A DNA stretch of 64,000 bases. Source: the human T2T-CHM13v2.0 reference genome, Homo sapiens. This document shows positions 44,285 through 61,795 of the stretch, one piece after another; the stretch's first letter is position 1; each line of letters begins with the position of its first letter. The stretch is taken from the NCBI RefSeq assembly GCF_009914755.1, contig NC_060942.1. The stretch is one strand, 5' to 3'. The position numbers and the translations under genes are program-made. Below the pieces are notes generated by a model. That model ran no database searches. It saw nothing but the letters and a program-made list of their open reading frames with translations, and was not told where the DNA came from.

Positions 44285-44510
44285 TAATAATGATAGCTAT
44301 AGTTTACTGAGTGTTCATCAGTTACTTTAAATTTACTTCCCTGTTTAATTCTAATGAAAACCCTCTTCAGTAAGTGCTGTCATTATCCTCCTTTTATAGA
44401 CAAGGCATGAGATTAAAAACTTGCCCAAGGTCACAGAGCTTATAAGTGGTGACACAGAACCTTGAACTCAGGTTTGCCTCAAAGTCTGTGCTTACATGAG
44501 CATTGTGCTT
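44285..44510 (-). mobile_element. MIR SINE
   Basis: taataatgatagctatagtttactgagtg..acttgcccaaggtcacagagct..cttgaactcagg. Confidence 0.75.
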
Positions 44511-44789
44511 TTCGTACTATGGACTTAAATTTGAATCTGCCCAAGGTACTTAGTATTAGTAGCCTTTTGATCTACCTATACTTCACTCACCTAAGCTTTA
44601 TATAGACAGAGGCAACTAAAAACAAACAAACAAAGAAAAAACCAGACTGTTAGGTGCCAAATTTTTAATTTGGCTCATGCCTCATTTATCAAAATGAAGC
44701 GAATCACAGTTTCAGATAATGAAACTTGAAATAATGTTAGAGATGATGCTTGGGCTCTCAGTTTATTCCACCATCTAAATTATAATAGA

Positions 44790-44930
44790 GTTGAAATGTC
44801 ATCACAGATGGTTAGGGCTGAAAGGGCCATGGATATCATGTAGTTCAGCCCCCTAATTTTATAGAAGAGGAAATTGAGGCCCACAGAGGTTAAATGACTT
44901 GCTAAATGACTTGCAATGAACAATAGCAGA
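44790..44930 (-). mobile_element. MIR/MIR3 SINE
   Basis: atcatgtagttcagccccctaattttatagaagaggaaattgaggcccacagaggttaaatgacttgc. Confidence 0.7.
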
Positions 44931-45516
44931 AGAATTGCTATTGCAAATATGTAGTATTTCAGGTTTATTATAGGTTTTTGTGGGCTTGCTTGAGAATACA
45001 ACTGCTGTTTATATCATTGCTTTTGCAAGAAAGCATATGGTAAGTACAAAAACCCACTACAACCTCATCCAAAGGAATGAAATAAGAACCAAGGAGATGA
45101 GGCAAGCATAGAGTAGTGGTATATAGAAAATAAACAGGGAAGTTCAGGAATGTGATTCATTCTTCAAGAGAGCCTCCCCTGGAGAAAGAAAGGAAATGTA
45201 TGATTATCAAGAGTAACTTATGTGCTAAAGCCAGTGTGAAGCACACTGTTTTTTTTGTTTTTGTTTTTGTTTTTTTTTTCCAATTACTGAATACGTGAAT
45301 TAAAAAAAAAAAATGGCCTGGACTTGACATTGCTCTTGGGAGAAAAATAGATAACTATATAACATACATTTTTTTTAAAGAAATGAAATTCCTGTGAATA
45401 TTCTAGGCTTTTTGGAGCAAAAAAGAATATTAGTCCAAATGAATTTACTGACTCATTTTACAATTTGATTTATAGTGAGTGCTTTACCATATATAAGGTA
45501 CTAATGCATTTGGATG

Positions 45517-46031
45517 TGTAGGAAGGAAAAATGTTTTTCTCTCTACTCTTGCTTAGTGAGTCTTAGCTGGGACCTCTTGTTGCAAAATATGAGACAAAAG
45601 ATTAATGAGAGAAAAACAAAGAATGTTAGTAGCATGTATACGTCATTATATATGAGAGATACCCGGAGAAATGAGTACATCTCAAAGAGGTGGCTTTGAA
45701 CTCAGGCTTAAATATGATTCTTTGATACATTTGTTGAAATAGGAAAGAAGGATGTGGGGCTGGAAAAGGGGAAGTGACCAGGAAAAGCAAACAAGGGTCA
45801 AGTTTGTCATGCAGATTTCAGACAGCACCTATTCTCTCTTGATTGAGTTTTTAGTGAATGGGAGTCATCCTTCTCTTTCTGGTACAGAAAGGTAGACACT
45901 CTTATGAATAGATATTTTTTAATAGATGTAAATTTCCCTTGTAAAAGTTTGACTTTTTCTTTTCAGAGCTTTTTCTTTGTCTATGTCTCGAAAGAGACAT
46001 ATTTTAGGATGGCATATTCTAATCTCCTAGA
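45517..46031 (-). mobile_element. MER34-like ERV1 solo LTR
   Basis: Ends catattttaggatggcatattctaatctcct (reverse complement of ..AGAATATGCCACCCCAAAATATG); approximate 4-bp TSD gatg/gttg. Confidence 0.65.
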
Positions 46032-47109
46032 GTTGTAGATTATACCATAGACTCAGTTTTTCTTGATTTTTAAGTTTTTAGGTCTTGCTCTATTAATTTA
46101 AGCCATTATTTATAATTTCATACTCATTTTCACTTGAACAAGTTCATCTTTAGCTAAGGAACACAGAAATTAATTGTTTAGGCTCTTGCTACTCTTAACA
46201 CTTACAGCATTAATGGGAGGAAGGAGAGAACCACAGGAAAACGAAACCACCAGAGCACATCCAGGCATACAGGTGATGTGGTGAGTGTTCATAATCCAAA
46301 CAAGGATGTGAATGGCCCAAAGGAGACTGCCTGTGCCCTGACCTCTTCCCCCACAAAGCCATAAGCAGGAAATGTTCTGTGCTGCTTTCCCGAGACCCAT
46401 AATGACTCCTGTGTCTGCCTCCCCTGCTGCAGGTAATGGCTCACCCATGCAATTACCTTCTTTTGTCTTCTCTGAGTTCAAGAGAAATTATTTGAACCTC
46501 TTTGCAGGGGGCATCTGAAGCTGAAGTTATTTTTAGGGAGAAATAATTTTTTTCATGTAAGATGCAGAAGTTGTTACTCCTCAGGCTACTGAGAGAAAAA
46601 TGAAAGGCACTTGGAGTCTTTTTAAAAGCCGGATTCTGATGTTTAGCTTGATCAAAGAGAAACTTGGGAAAGGAGGGGAAGTAGAGGATAGAACAGAATA
46701 TACGGCACTATGTTCTTTGAAGGCACTGCCATTACATTTCTGATCTTTGAACTCAGCAAATTATTTCATGAGGACGAACTGAATTCCGTGCATTTGTGAA
46801 GCTAATAACCAGATAGCTTGAGCAATATGTACCAACCTTATGAACAAGAAGGCAGGCTACATTTCCTAACGTGATTAATACAGACACCTATGTTTATACT
46901 TGCAAATACATTGAATCACCCTTAAAACACTTTCTGGTGTTCATGGAGTCAAAATGATAGCTTTTGGAGGAGCATCTAGGAGTTCTTCTAGCCTTTATAC
47001 TGTCTTAATGGCATAGTATTATCATTAAACGCTCAACCCTGCAGTCTACTTGCCTGTGTCTCACTTCTAATATCTCTATACTGGCTGTGAAAGTTGAGGG
47101 AAATTCTTT

Positions 47110-47448
<339 letters not shown>

Positions 47449-48332
47449 TAATAAAATAAAATAAGTAGAATTAGGGCTGATTTTGAGAGGTTGCTGTGAG
47501 GACTAAGTGATATAAGTGTCTGCCTTATTGCAAATTTTCAGTAAATATTAGATGTTATTATTCATTACACTCTATAGGAAGATGATTTTCTTTTTTGATT
47601 GACTTTCATTTTTCAATAGTGTGCCCATAAGGCTGTTCAACACTTACTTCAAAGATACTCAGCTGAACACACAATTTCAACTATAATTCCACACTAAATC
47701 ACATACAAGTAGTGCTTTATATCTAATAGACATTCTGGTTACCAAGGTTTGCTTGACACACCACAATGACTCTTGTTAACTAAGAGAAAACCAGTTCCTC
47801 CCTTCACTGTTCCTTCTAATACGAAGAGGTGAGAAAAGAAAGAAAGAAAGAAAAAAAACAGATAAGTTTTGGTATAGAAGCAGGTTACTTGTGGGCTTGT
47901 CCTTATTGCCCATCTGTCAGTGAGAACCACCATAAAGTTTTTCAGCACCTCGTATTGATCTCAATTACATCCTGATTGTTTCCTAAGTTTATCTTACCTG
48001 GAGCAATAGAGACTAGAAATCCATCACATTTTATTACCTTGACTATGGAGACACCCACAAGATACAATTTCAAAGCAATGTGCACGATGTCAGGTATTTC
48101 ATAGTGCAATTTTTTTCCATGGGGAAAGAAATGGCTGTGAGAACCAGGACATATTTTAATCCTTCTCACCTTCATTTTCACGCTTGCCTTGGCTGTTACA
48201 TACTTTTTATCTGCTAATATGTTAATGTATGTTTTGCTTCTCTCTTTTCTCTTTAAGTGGCTTTGCCAACACAATAAACACTGACAAGATTCATAAGCAG
48301 TGTGGTAAGTATTTGAAGAAAAAGGAAGGATT

Positions 48333-48664
48333 TTTTATTCTGGTGTTAACCATTTATTAAGAGGGAAAGATGATATTTTCATTGCATTTAAAGTATTTGA
48401 ACCAATTTTGATTAAAATCTATAATTTGGGGAGAATGGTATGATTTGTCCAATTTGTTCACAGTCTGTTAAACAGGTTGCATATGACTTTGATTTATCAA
48501 AGCTTAAGGCAGTCATATTTAATGCAATATTAAATTTGATTATAGGAAATAGTGTTGAAAAGTCTCAAAATAGATACATTCAAACAATATGGCCTATAAA
48601 ACATCTTTTGAAATATTCTATGGTAAATTTTGATCTATGGGCATTAAGTTTTGTATTACAGGGG
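48333..48664 (+). repeat. unique segment copied in inverted orientation at 51814-52151
   Basis: e.g. gactttgatttatcaaagcttaaggcagtca (48485) is the reverse complement of tgactgccttaagctttgataaatcaaagtc (51971). Confidence 0.93.
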
Positions 48665-48693
48665 CATTTTTAGTAGTATTATAGCCACGTTAA

Positions 48694-48988
<295 letters not shown>

Positions 48989-51900
48989 TAAATTTATTAT
49001 AACTTTTAAGTGAAACTTGGTTTGACCTAAATTTTACTCTACTTATTTATATTCTCTATTCCCTAGCTTAAATTTGACTTTTGGTTATGTTCATAAATTG
49101 TATTCAATCTCAGAGGAAGAAGATTTTCTACCATTTAGGTAGAAGTACATACTTAAGATAATATGCTACAGAGTCTGAAAGCAATTCCAGGAGAGGCAGC
49201 CCAGTAACTTTTTGGTCAATGATGACATTACTAAAATGACGGAATAACTTCTGAAGGTGACCTTTGTGCTAAAGAGGCAAAAGTCACTTGAGCATGTATG
49301 TTTTGGCAGAGTTGTTAAAAATATCAGTGTCAGTGCACCTACATCTCCCAAAATCCCTTTATAACACAATAATCTGTTTTTAAAATGAGATAGGTCTTAG
49401 AGTTCGAGGAAGTAAAATTGTTATTGTTTAGGCAACAAATTTCCAGTGAAAATGGAACTTTCACTAACAGCACATCATGTAAAATTTTATTTTTGAGTTT
49501 TCAGGGCCAGATAAAATGTTTACTAAACAGGAAAATACCAAGAACACGATCTAAGGCAATGTTTGGGGGATGGAGAAACAAACATTAATTCTTCTGGGAA
49601 AGCAACTTTAATTTTTCCAAACTTCCTCTTCCCTCTTTAAACTGTATTGCAACCTGTACAAACCTCTCTTTTACCACTTACCTCAAAGTAGTTAAATTAT
49701 TCATGTAAGTTCCTGCCCCTCCTACTCAAATCTGGGGGCTTTCAGGACACCAATCGTGTCTTATTCATTATGGTATTTGCAGAATCTTACACAATGTCCA
49801 GCCCAAATTAGATCCTTCATAAATACTTATAAATAAATGAATAAATAATTTCTTGAAATTAAGCTGTGGAAACCTATTTACTTTTATCTCTAAAGAGAGA
49901 AAGGTAATAAAATTATATCATGGATGGAATATGGGAAACAATATTGTGGTATTTTCTTTGTTGTAAAGTTATCATATGCCACAAAGTTCTTTGAAATTAA
50001 ATGATTAACATCTGCAAGAAAGAGTGCCCTGCCTCTGAGATGAAGTAAATTGCCCAATAGCTCACAGGAAGTTTGACAGGGAAAATGAAATAATACATAC
50101 AAAAATCTTGCAGATCTCCAACTTTAGTTTTGACATGTAAAAACCTTAACAGTCACTACTCCTATGTTTAAAACAAGTAAAAGCTAAATAAACTGAAAAA
50201 TCGGTGACTTTTTTATTCTATCAGAAAACTGAGATTTTAAGACAAGACACTGCCCCCAAATCTGAAGAAACAGGTGAATTAAGAAAATTAAAGCCAAGAT
50301 CTTCTTTCCTGAAGCAGATTCTGCTGGAACTGCACACTTTTAGGAAAACTGAAATGATAATTTGTACAAAGTACTAGTAGCTGTATATGGACAAGCTTGA
50401 GGATAAGAAACCCCGGGGAGCTGAAGTTTTAGGGAAACCGCACACTTCGATGACTTTTTATGTGAACACCACCAGGGTCTAGTGGTAAAGATCGCAGTAA
50501 TATTCTCTCATGGACCTTGTTGGAGACATAGAATAGAAATCATTGAAAAATATTCCCAAAGTGTTTTCTGTAACAAAGCCTATGTGCAGGGGAGAAACAC
50601 TTTACTAAAGCTTCATCCCCACTGGGAATGAGTGTCATACTCACTCTAGGTCCCACCAGCTTTCCTGCCCACCAAAGAGAGAACGAGCTACACCATTGGA
50701 CAAGCACTTGTGAAAGTCGCAGGTCTGAGACACAGGCTCACTAAAAAGTGAAATTTAATTAGAAGGTTACAGAAAAGTTCCCCTCTCTCACACAGTATCG
50801 CCAAACAGGGTTCAAGTATGGTAAGTGTGGATTAAAGAAAGACACAGACTCTGTTTGAGGAGAAGTAATGAAGGAAGACTAAAGTCAAGAGGTAAAACAA
50901 AAACCAAAAAATTTATAATACAGAAAGTTGAAATTGCTGACACAGCTACATCAAACATTAAAGACAGCTCAACTCCTAGTCAGGTTGGTATAAATCCTCA
51001 CACTCAAGGCCTATTTACTTCAGTTCTCAACACTCAATAAGATGACCAGATTTCAACAAAAAATTTAGAAAGAATGTCAACAGACAAGAAAAAAAAATAG
51101 TCTGCAAAGATAAAACAAACATCAGAAACAGACTCAGCTATAACATACATTTTGGAAGTATTAGGTTGAGATTTAAAAATAACTATGATTAATATGTTAA
51201 GGGCTGTACTGGAAAAAGTATACACATGAATACATGTGTAATATAAGCAAAGGAAAATTCTAGAAATAAAACATACTGCAATAGAAATGAAGAATGCCTT
51301 CAATGGGTACACTGTCAGACACAACATGGCCAAGGAGAGATTACAGATATGGAAATAGAAACTCCCCAATTAAAATACAAAAAGAAATAAGAGATTAATA
51401 AAAGGGAAAAAAATCAAATATTCAAAAACATTGTGACAATTTCAAAATTTGTAAATATGTTTAATTGGGATTCTCTTATAGAAGGAAAGGAAAAATAGAA
51501 GAGAGAATAAGTTATTTAATAATAGCTGAGAACACTCTAAAATTAAGGATGAAACTGAATAACAGATCCAGGAAGCTCAAAAAACATCAAGAAGGCTAAA
51601 TACCACACACTACATGCAGGCATGTCATATTCAAACTACAGAAAATCAAAAAGAGAAAATTTTGAAAGAAGCTGGCATATGCATGGGAAGGTATTATATA
51701 TTAAAATATTATATGGTAAATTTTTATCTACAGGCATTAAGTTTTCCATTAGTGGGGAATATAAATATATAAATATATCCCTCTAATAGAAAATATATAT
51801 TTATATTTATATACCCCTCTAATAGAAAAATTAATGCCCATAGATCAAAATTTACCATATAATATTTCAAAAGATTTTTTTATGAGCCATATTATTTGAA

Positions 51901-52203
51901 TTTATCTGTTTTGACACTTTTAAACACTATTTCCTATAATGATAAATCATATTTAATATTTCATTAAAGGTGACTGCCTTAAGCTTTGATAAATCAAAGT
52001 CATATGCAATCTTAACAGATTGTAAACAAATTGGACAGATCATACCATTCCCCCCAAATTATAGATTTTAATCAAAATTGGTTCAAATACTTAAAAATGC
52101 AATGAAAATACCATCTTTCCCTCTTGATAATTGGTTAACATTAGAATAAAATTGTAGAGAAATAATAATGAGAATTACAAGGGACTTCTCATCAAAAACC
52201 ATG

Positions 52204-55752
<3,549 letters not shown>

Positions 55753-56881
55753 CCATCATGCAAGCAAAGACAGTTGAGTGAAACATTTAAAGGATATAAA
55801 GGAAAAAATAGTAAACAGCAACCTAGAATTATATATACAGCAAGATTATCTGTCAAAAGTTGAGAAATACTCTCTCTGAAAAACAAAATCTGAGAAAATT
55901 CATCACTAGCAGGTCCGCCTTGTAAGAAATGTTAAAAGAAAATTTTCAGAGAAGGAAACAGATATAGGACAGAAACTCAGATCAACAAAATGAAGTGTCA
56001 TACAAGAGAGAAATGAGGCATAAATAAAATAAAATATTTCATTTTGTATTTTTAATTGATGTAAAGAATAATTGCTTGCAATAAGAATAGCAACAATATA
56101 TTAGACAATGAAACCATATGGATAAGTGAAATGAATGAGAGCAATGTCTCAAGGAATAGGAAGGAAAAATCAGGAATACTCTACTTTGGGATTCCTATAC
56201 TACTCTTCAATTAGTATACTATGATTTCAAAGTAGAGATAGATTTGTTAAAAATGTATGTTGAAGGAATACAACTTACAATGGATGTGAAAAACCTCTTC
56301 AAGGAGAACTACAAACCACTGTTCAAGGAAATCAGAGAGGACATAAACAAATGGAAAAAAAAATTCCATGCTCATGGATAGGAGGTATCAATATCGTGAA
56401 AATGGCCATACTACCAAAAGTAATGTATAGATTCAATGCTGTTCCCATCAAGCTGCCATTGACTTTCCTTGCAGAATTAGAAAAATCTACTTTAAGTTTC
56501 ATATGGAACCAAAAAAGAGACCATATAGTCAAGACGATCCTAAGGAAAACAAATAAAGCTGGAGGCCTCATGCTTCCTGACTTCAAATTATACTACAAGG
56601 CTACAGTAACCAAAACAGCATGGTACTGGTAACCAAACAGATATGTAGATCAATGGAGCAGAACAGATACCTCTGAAATAACACCACATATCTGCAACCA
56701 TCTAATCTTTGACAAACCTGACAAAAACAAGCAATGGGGAAAGAATCTCCTATTCAATAAATGGTGCTGTGAAAACTAGCTAGCCATATTCAGAAAACAG
56801 AAGACAGTGTGGTGATTCCTTAAGGATCTAGAACCAGAAATACCAAAAATTATAAATCATTCTACTATAAAGACACATGCA

Positions 56882-59695
56882 ATATTTTTCCATTTGTTCG
56901 TATCCTCTCTTACTTCCTTCAGCAGTGGTTTGCAGTTCTCCTTGAAGAGGTCCTTCACATCCCTTATAAGTTGTATTCCTAGGTACTTTATTCTCTTTGT
57001 AGCATTTGTGAATGGGAGTTCACTCGTGATTTGGCTGTCTGATTGTCTATTATTGGTGTATAGAAATGCTTGTGATTTTTGCACATTGATTTTGTATCCT
57101 GAGATTTTGCTGAAGTTGTTTATCAGCTAAAGGAGTTTTTGGGCTGAGATGATGGGGTTTTCTAAATATACAATCACGTCATCTGCAAACAGTGACAATT
57201 TGAATTCCTCTCTTCCTATTTGAATACGCTTTTTTTTTTTCTCTTGCCTGATTACCCTGGCCAGAACTTCCAATATTATGTTGAATAGGAGTGATGAGAG
57301 AGGACATCCTTGTCTTGTGCTGGTTTTCAAAGGGAATGCTTCCAGCTTTTGCCCATTCAGTATGATATTGGCTATTGGTTTGTCATAAATAGCTCTTATT
57401 ATTTTGAGATATATTCCATCAACAACTAGTTTATTGACAGTTTTTAGCATGAAGCACTGTTGAATTTTGTTGAAGGCCTTTTCTGGATCTATTGAGATTA
57501 TCATGTGTTTTTTGTCTTTGGTTCTGTTTATGTTATGGATTACGTTTATTGATTTGTGTATGTTGAACCAGCCTTGCATCCCATGGATGCTCATTGATAG
57601 GAAGAATCAATATTGTAAAAATGATCATACTGCCCAAAGTAATTTACAGAATCAATGCTATTCCCATCAAGCTACCATTGACTTTCTTCACAGAACTGGA
57701 AAAATTTACTTTAAATTTCATATGGAACCAAAAAATCCTGTAAAGCCAAGACAATCCTAAGCAAAAAGAACAAAGCAGGAAGCATCATGCTACCTAACTT
57801 CAAACTATACTACAAGGCTACCGTAACCAAAACACCATGGTACTGGTTCCAAAACAGATATATAGACCAATGGAATAGAACTGTGGCATCAGAAATAACA
57901 CTGCATATCTACAACCATCTGATCTTTGACAAACCTGACAGAAACAACAATGGGGGAAAGGATTTCCTATTTAATAAATGGTGCTGGGAAAACTGACTAG
58001 TCATATGCAGAAAATAGAAACTGGACCCCTTCCTTACACCTTATACAAAAATTAACTCAAGATGGATTAAAGACTTAAACATAAAACATAAAACTATAAA
58101 AACCCTAGAAGAAAACCTAGGCAATACCATTCAGGACCTAGGCATGGGCAAAGACTTCATGACTAAAACACCAAGAGCAATTTCAACAGAAGCCAAAATT
58201 GATAAATGATATATAATCAAATTAAAGAGCTTCTGCACAGCAAAAAAAAATATCATCAGAGTGAACAGGCAACCTAGAGAATGGGAGAAAATGTTTGCAA
58301 TCTATCCATCTGACAAAGGGCTAATATCCAGAATCTACAAGGAACTTAAATAAATTTACAAGAAAAAAACAACCCCATCAAAAAGTGGGCAAAGGATATG
58401 AACAGACACTTCTCAAAAGAAAACATTTATGTGGCCAACAAACATATGAAAAAAAAAGCTCATCATCACTGGTCATTAGAGAAATGCAAATCAAAACCAC
58501 AATGAGATACCATCTCACGCCAGTTAGAATGGCGATCATTAAAAAGTCTGGAAACAACAGATACTGGCGAGGATGTGGAGAAATAGGAATGCTTTTACAC
58601 TGTTGGTGGGAGTAGAAATTAGTTCAACCATTGTGGAAGACAGTGTGGTAATTCCTTAAGGATCTAGAACCAGAAATACCAGCAGGCGCAGTGGCTCACA
58701 CCTGTAATCCCAGCACTTTGGGAGGCTGAGGTGGGCGGATCACCTGAGGTCAGGAGTTCCAGACCAGCCTGGACAACAAGAAACTCCATCTCTACTAAAA
58801 GCAGAAAAATTAGCTGGGCCGGTGGCAGGCGCCTGTAATCCCAGCTACTCAGTAGGCTGAGGCGGGAGAATAGCTTGAACCCAGGAGGCGGAGGTTGCAG
58901 TGAGCTGAGATCGCGTCACTGCACTCCAGACTGGGCGACAAGAGCGAGACTCCATCTCAAAAAAAAAAAAAAAAAAAAAAAACTGGAAATACGATTTGAC
59001 CCAGCAATCCCATTACTGGGTATATACTCAAAGGAATATAAATCATGCTGCTGTAAAGACACATGCACATGTATGCTTATTGCAGCACTATTTACAATAG
59101 CAAAGACTTGGAACCAACCCAAATTACCATCAATGATAGACTGGATAAAGAAAATGTGGCATATATACACCATGGATTACCACACAGTCATAAAAAAAAC
59201 AATGAGTTCATGTCCTTTTCAGGGACATAGATGAAGCTGGAAACCATCATCCTCAGCAAACTAATACAAGAACGGAAAACCAAACACCACATGTTCTCAC
59301 TCATAAGTGGGAGTTGAACAATGAGAACACATGGACACAGGGAGGGGAACATCACACACTGGGGCCTGTCAGGTGGTGTGGGGAAAGGGGAGGGGGAGTA
59401 TTAGGACAAATATCTAATGCATGAGGGGCCTAAAACCTAGATGACAGGTTGACAGGTGCACTTGAACAATAAGAACACATGGACACAGAGAGGGGAACAT
59501 CACACATAAGGGTCTGTTGGGGGAGGGGGGAAAGGGGAGGGAGAGCATTAGGACAAATACCTAATGTATGTGGGGCCTAAAACCTAAATGATAGGTTGGT
59601 TGGTTGCAGCAAACCACCATGGCACATGTATACCTATGTAACAAACCTGCATGTTCTGCACATGTATCCCAGAACTTAGAAGAAACGAAAAGAAA
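56882..59695 (+). mobile_element. 5'-inverted (twin-primed) L1PA8-like element (inner)
   Basis: Minus-strand ORF2 at 56882-57589, then plus-strand from 57587 to the A tail; TSD aaagacacatgca / aaagactaatgta. Confidence 0.82.
58682..58980 (+). mobile_element. Alu (AluSq/Sp-like) inside the inner L1
   Basis: gggcgacaagagcg; TSD aaccagaaatacca / aactggaaatacga. Confidence 0.93.
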
Positions 59696-61186
59696 AAAGA
59701 CTAATGTACATGTATGTTTATTACAGCACTATTTACAATAGCAAAGACTTGGAACCAGCACAAATGTCTGTCAATGATAGATTGGATAAAGAAAATGTGG
59801 TACATATACACCATGGCATACTAGGCAGCCATGAAAAAGAATGAGTTCATGTCCTTTGCAGGGACATGGATGAAGCTAGATGCCATCTTTCTCAACAAAC
59901 TGTCACAGGAACAGAAAACCAAACACTGCATATTCTCACTCATAAGTAGGAGTTGAGCAATGAGAACACCTGGACACAGGGAGGGGAACATCACACACCG
60001 GGGCCTGTCAGGGGTCGGGGGAAAGGGTAGGGAGAGTATTAGGACAAATACCTAATGCATGCAGGGCTTAAAACTTAGATAATGTTGATAGGTGCAGCAA
60101 AACACCATGGCACATGTATACCTATGTAACAAACCCGCACGTTCTGCACATGTATCCCAGAACATGTATCCCACATGTATTTGTTAAAGTAAAAAAAAAA
60201 ACGTACGCTGAGAACTCTACAGTGACAACTAAAAATATTTTTAAAAGTGTAAATGGTATGACAAAAGAGGAAATAAAGTGGAATCATACAAAGTACTCAA
60301 TTAAAACCAGAGTAAGCAGAAAAAGAGGAAAGAAAGAACAAATGCAACAAATAGAAACCTGCTATGAATATAGTTGATATTAATCCAACTACATCCATAA
60401 TCACTTTAAATGTGATTGGAATAAATTCTCCAGTTTAAAGATGAGAGATTATCAGAATGGAGTAAACAAACAAAAAAACAGGACCCGAGTATATGTTGTA
60501 GTTAATATGTTGTCTGCACAAACCCACTTTAAATAGGTACAAGTAAATATATGGTACAAATAAGCTCAAATAGGTACAAGTAAATATATGGAGAGAGATA
60601 TACAATGGGCTTACACAAATCAAAAGAAAGAGTAGCTATATTAATTTAAGACAAAGTAGACTTCAGAACAAGAAAAATTATAAAGGATAAAGAAGTATCA
60701 TATATAATGATAAAGGGTCAATTTTATGAGCAGACAAATTGACTAAATGTGTGTAGAACAAGTGACAGTGTCAAAATATGTGAAAAAATAGTACAACTGA
60801 AGGAAGGAATATACAAATCCACCCTTATAGTTGGAAACTTACCTCTCTCAGTAATGAACAGATTAAGCAGGCAGAAAATTAGAAAGAATATAGTTGATTT
60901 GAACAGCACTAAAAATCATTTTGATCGAATTACCATTTTTAAAATACTAATGTGTAGAAGAATATATATTCTTCTCAAAACATTCACCAAGATAGGCTTC
61001 ATTCTCAGCCATAAAAACACATTATAGCAAATTTATGAATAAAAATTATAAAATTTATGTCCTCAAACCACAATGTAACTAAACTAGAAATCAATAACAG
61101 AAAGTTAATTAGAAAATCCCCAAATATCAGAAAATTATACAATGCATTTTTAATTTCTAACACATAGATCAAAGGGGAAGTTTCAA

Positions 61187-61795
61187 TAGTGGAGATAAGT
61201 TTGGAGATTTCTCAAAGAACTAACAGTTGAACTACCATTTGACCCAGCAATCCTGTTATTGGGTATATACTCAAAGGAAAAGAAATCATTCTACCCAAAA
61301 CACACATACACCTGTATGTGCAATGCAGCATTGCACAATAGCAAAGACATTGAACCAACTTAGGTACCCATCAATGGCGTATTGGATAAACAAAATGTGG
61401 TACATGTACACCCTGAGCTACTACACACCCATAAAAAAGAATGAAATCATGTTCTTTGCTACAACATGGGTGCAACTGGAGGCCATTATCCTAAGTGAAC
61501 TAACACAGAAACAACCAAATATTTCATGTTTTCACTTATCAGTAGGAGCTAAACCTTGGACACACATGGATAGTAGGATGGGAATAATTGACACTGAGGA
61601 ATACAAGAGTGGGAAGGTACAGAGTGGGGCAAGTGTTGAAAAACTATTGGATACTATGCTCACTTCCTTGGTGATATATTTAATTGTACTCCAAACACCA
61701 GCATCATGCAATATACCATGTAACACACCTGCACATGTATCCCTAGAATCTAAAATACAAGTTAAAAATAATAATAATTTAAACTAAATAAAAAT
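61187..61795 (+). mobile_element. L1PB-type 3' end
   Basis: gaactaccatttgacccagcaatc..ggaggccattatcctaagtgaactaac..gaatctaaaatacaagttaaaa. Confidence 0.8.

Larger units (their letters stand above)
56264..60196 (+). mobile_element. 5'-truncated L1PA8-like element (outer), split at 56881/59696
   Basis: TSD aaaaatgtatgttga / aaaaacgtacgctga (56249, 60197); 3' UTR ggacaaatacctaatgcatg..cagcaaaacaccatgg. Confidence 0.8.

Noticed and set aside
46240-46440. Possible exon with donor-like sites (gtggtgagt, caggtaatg)
   Set aside because: No convincing acceptor, reading frame or homology; such motifs are common.
61227-61787. 186-aa ORF
   Set aside because: Off-frame reading of an L1PB 3' end.
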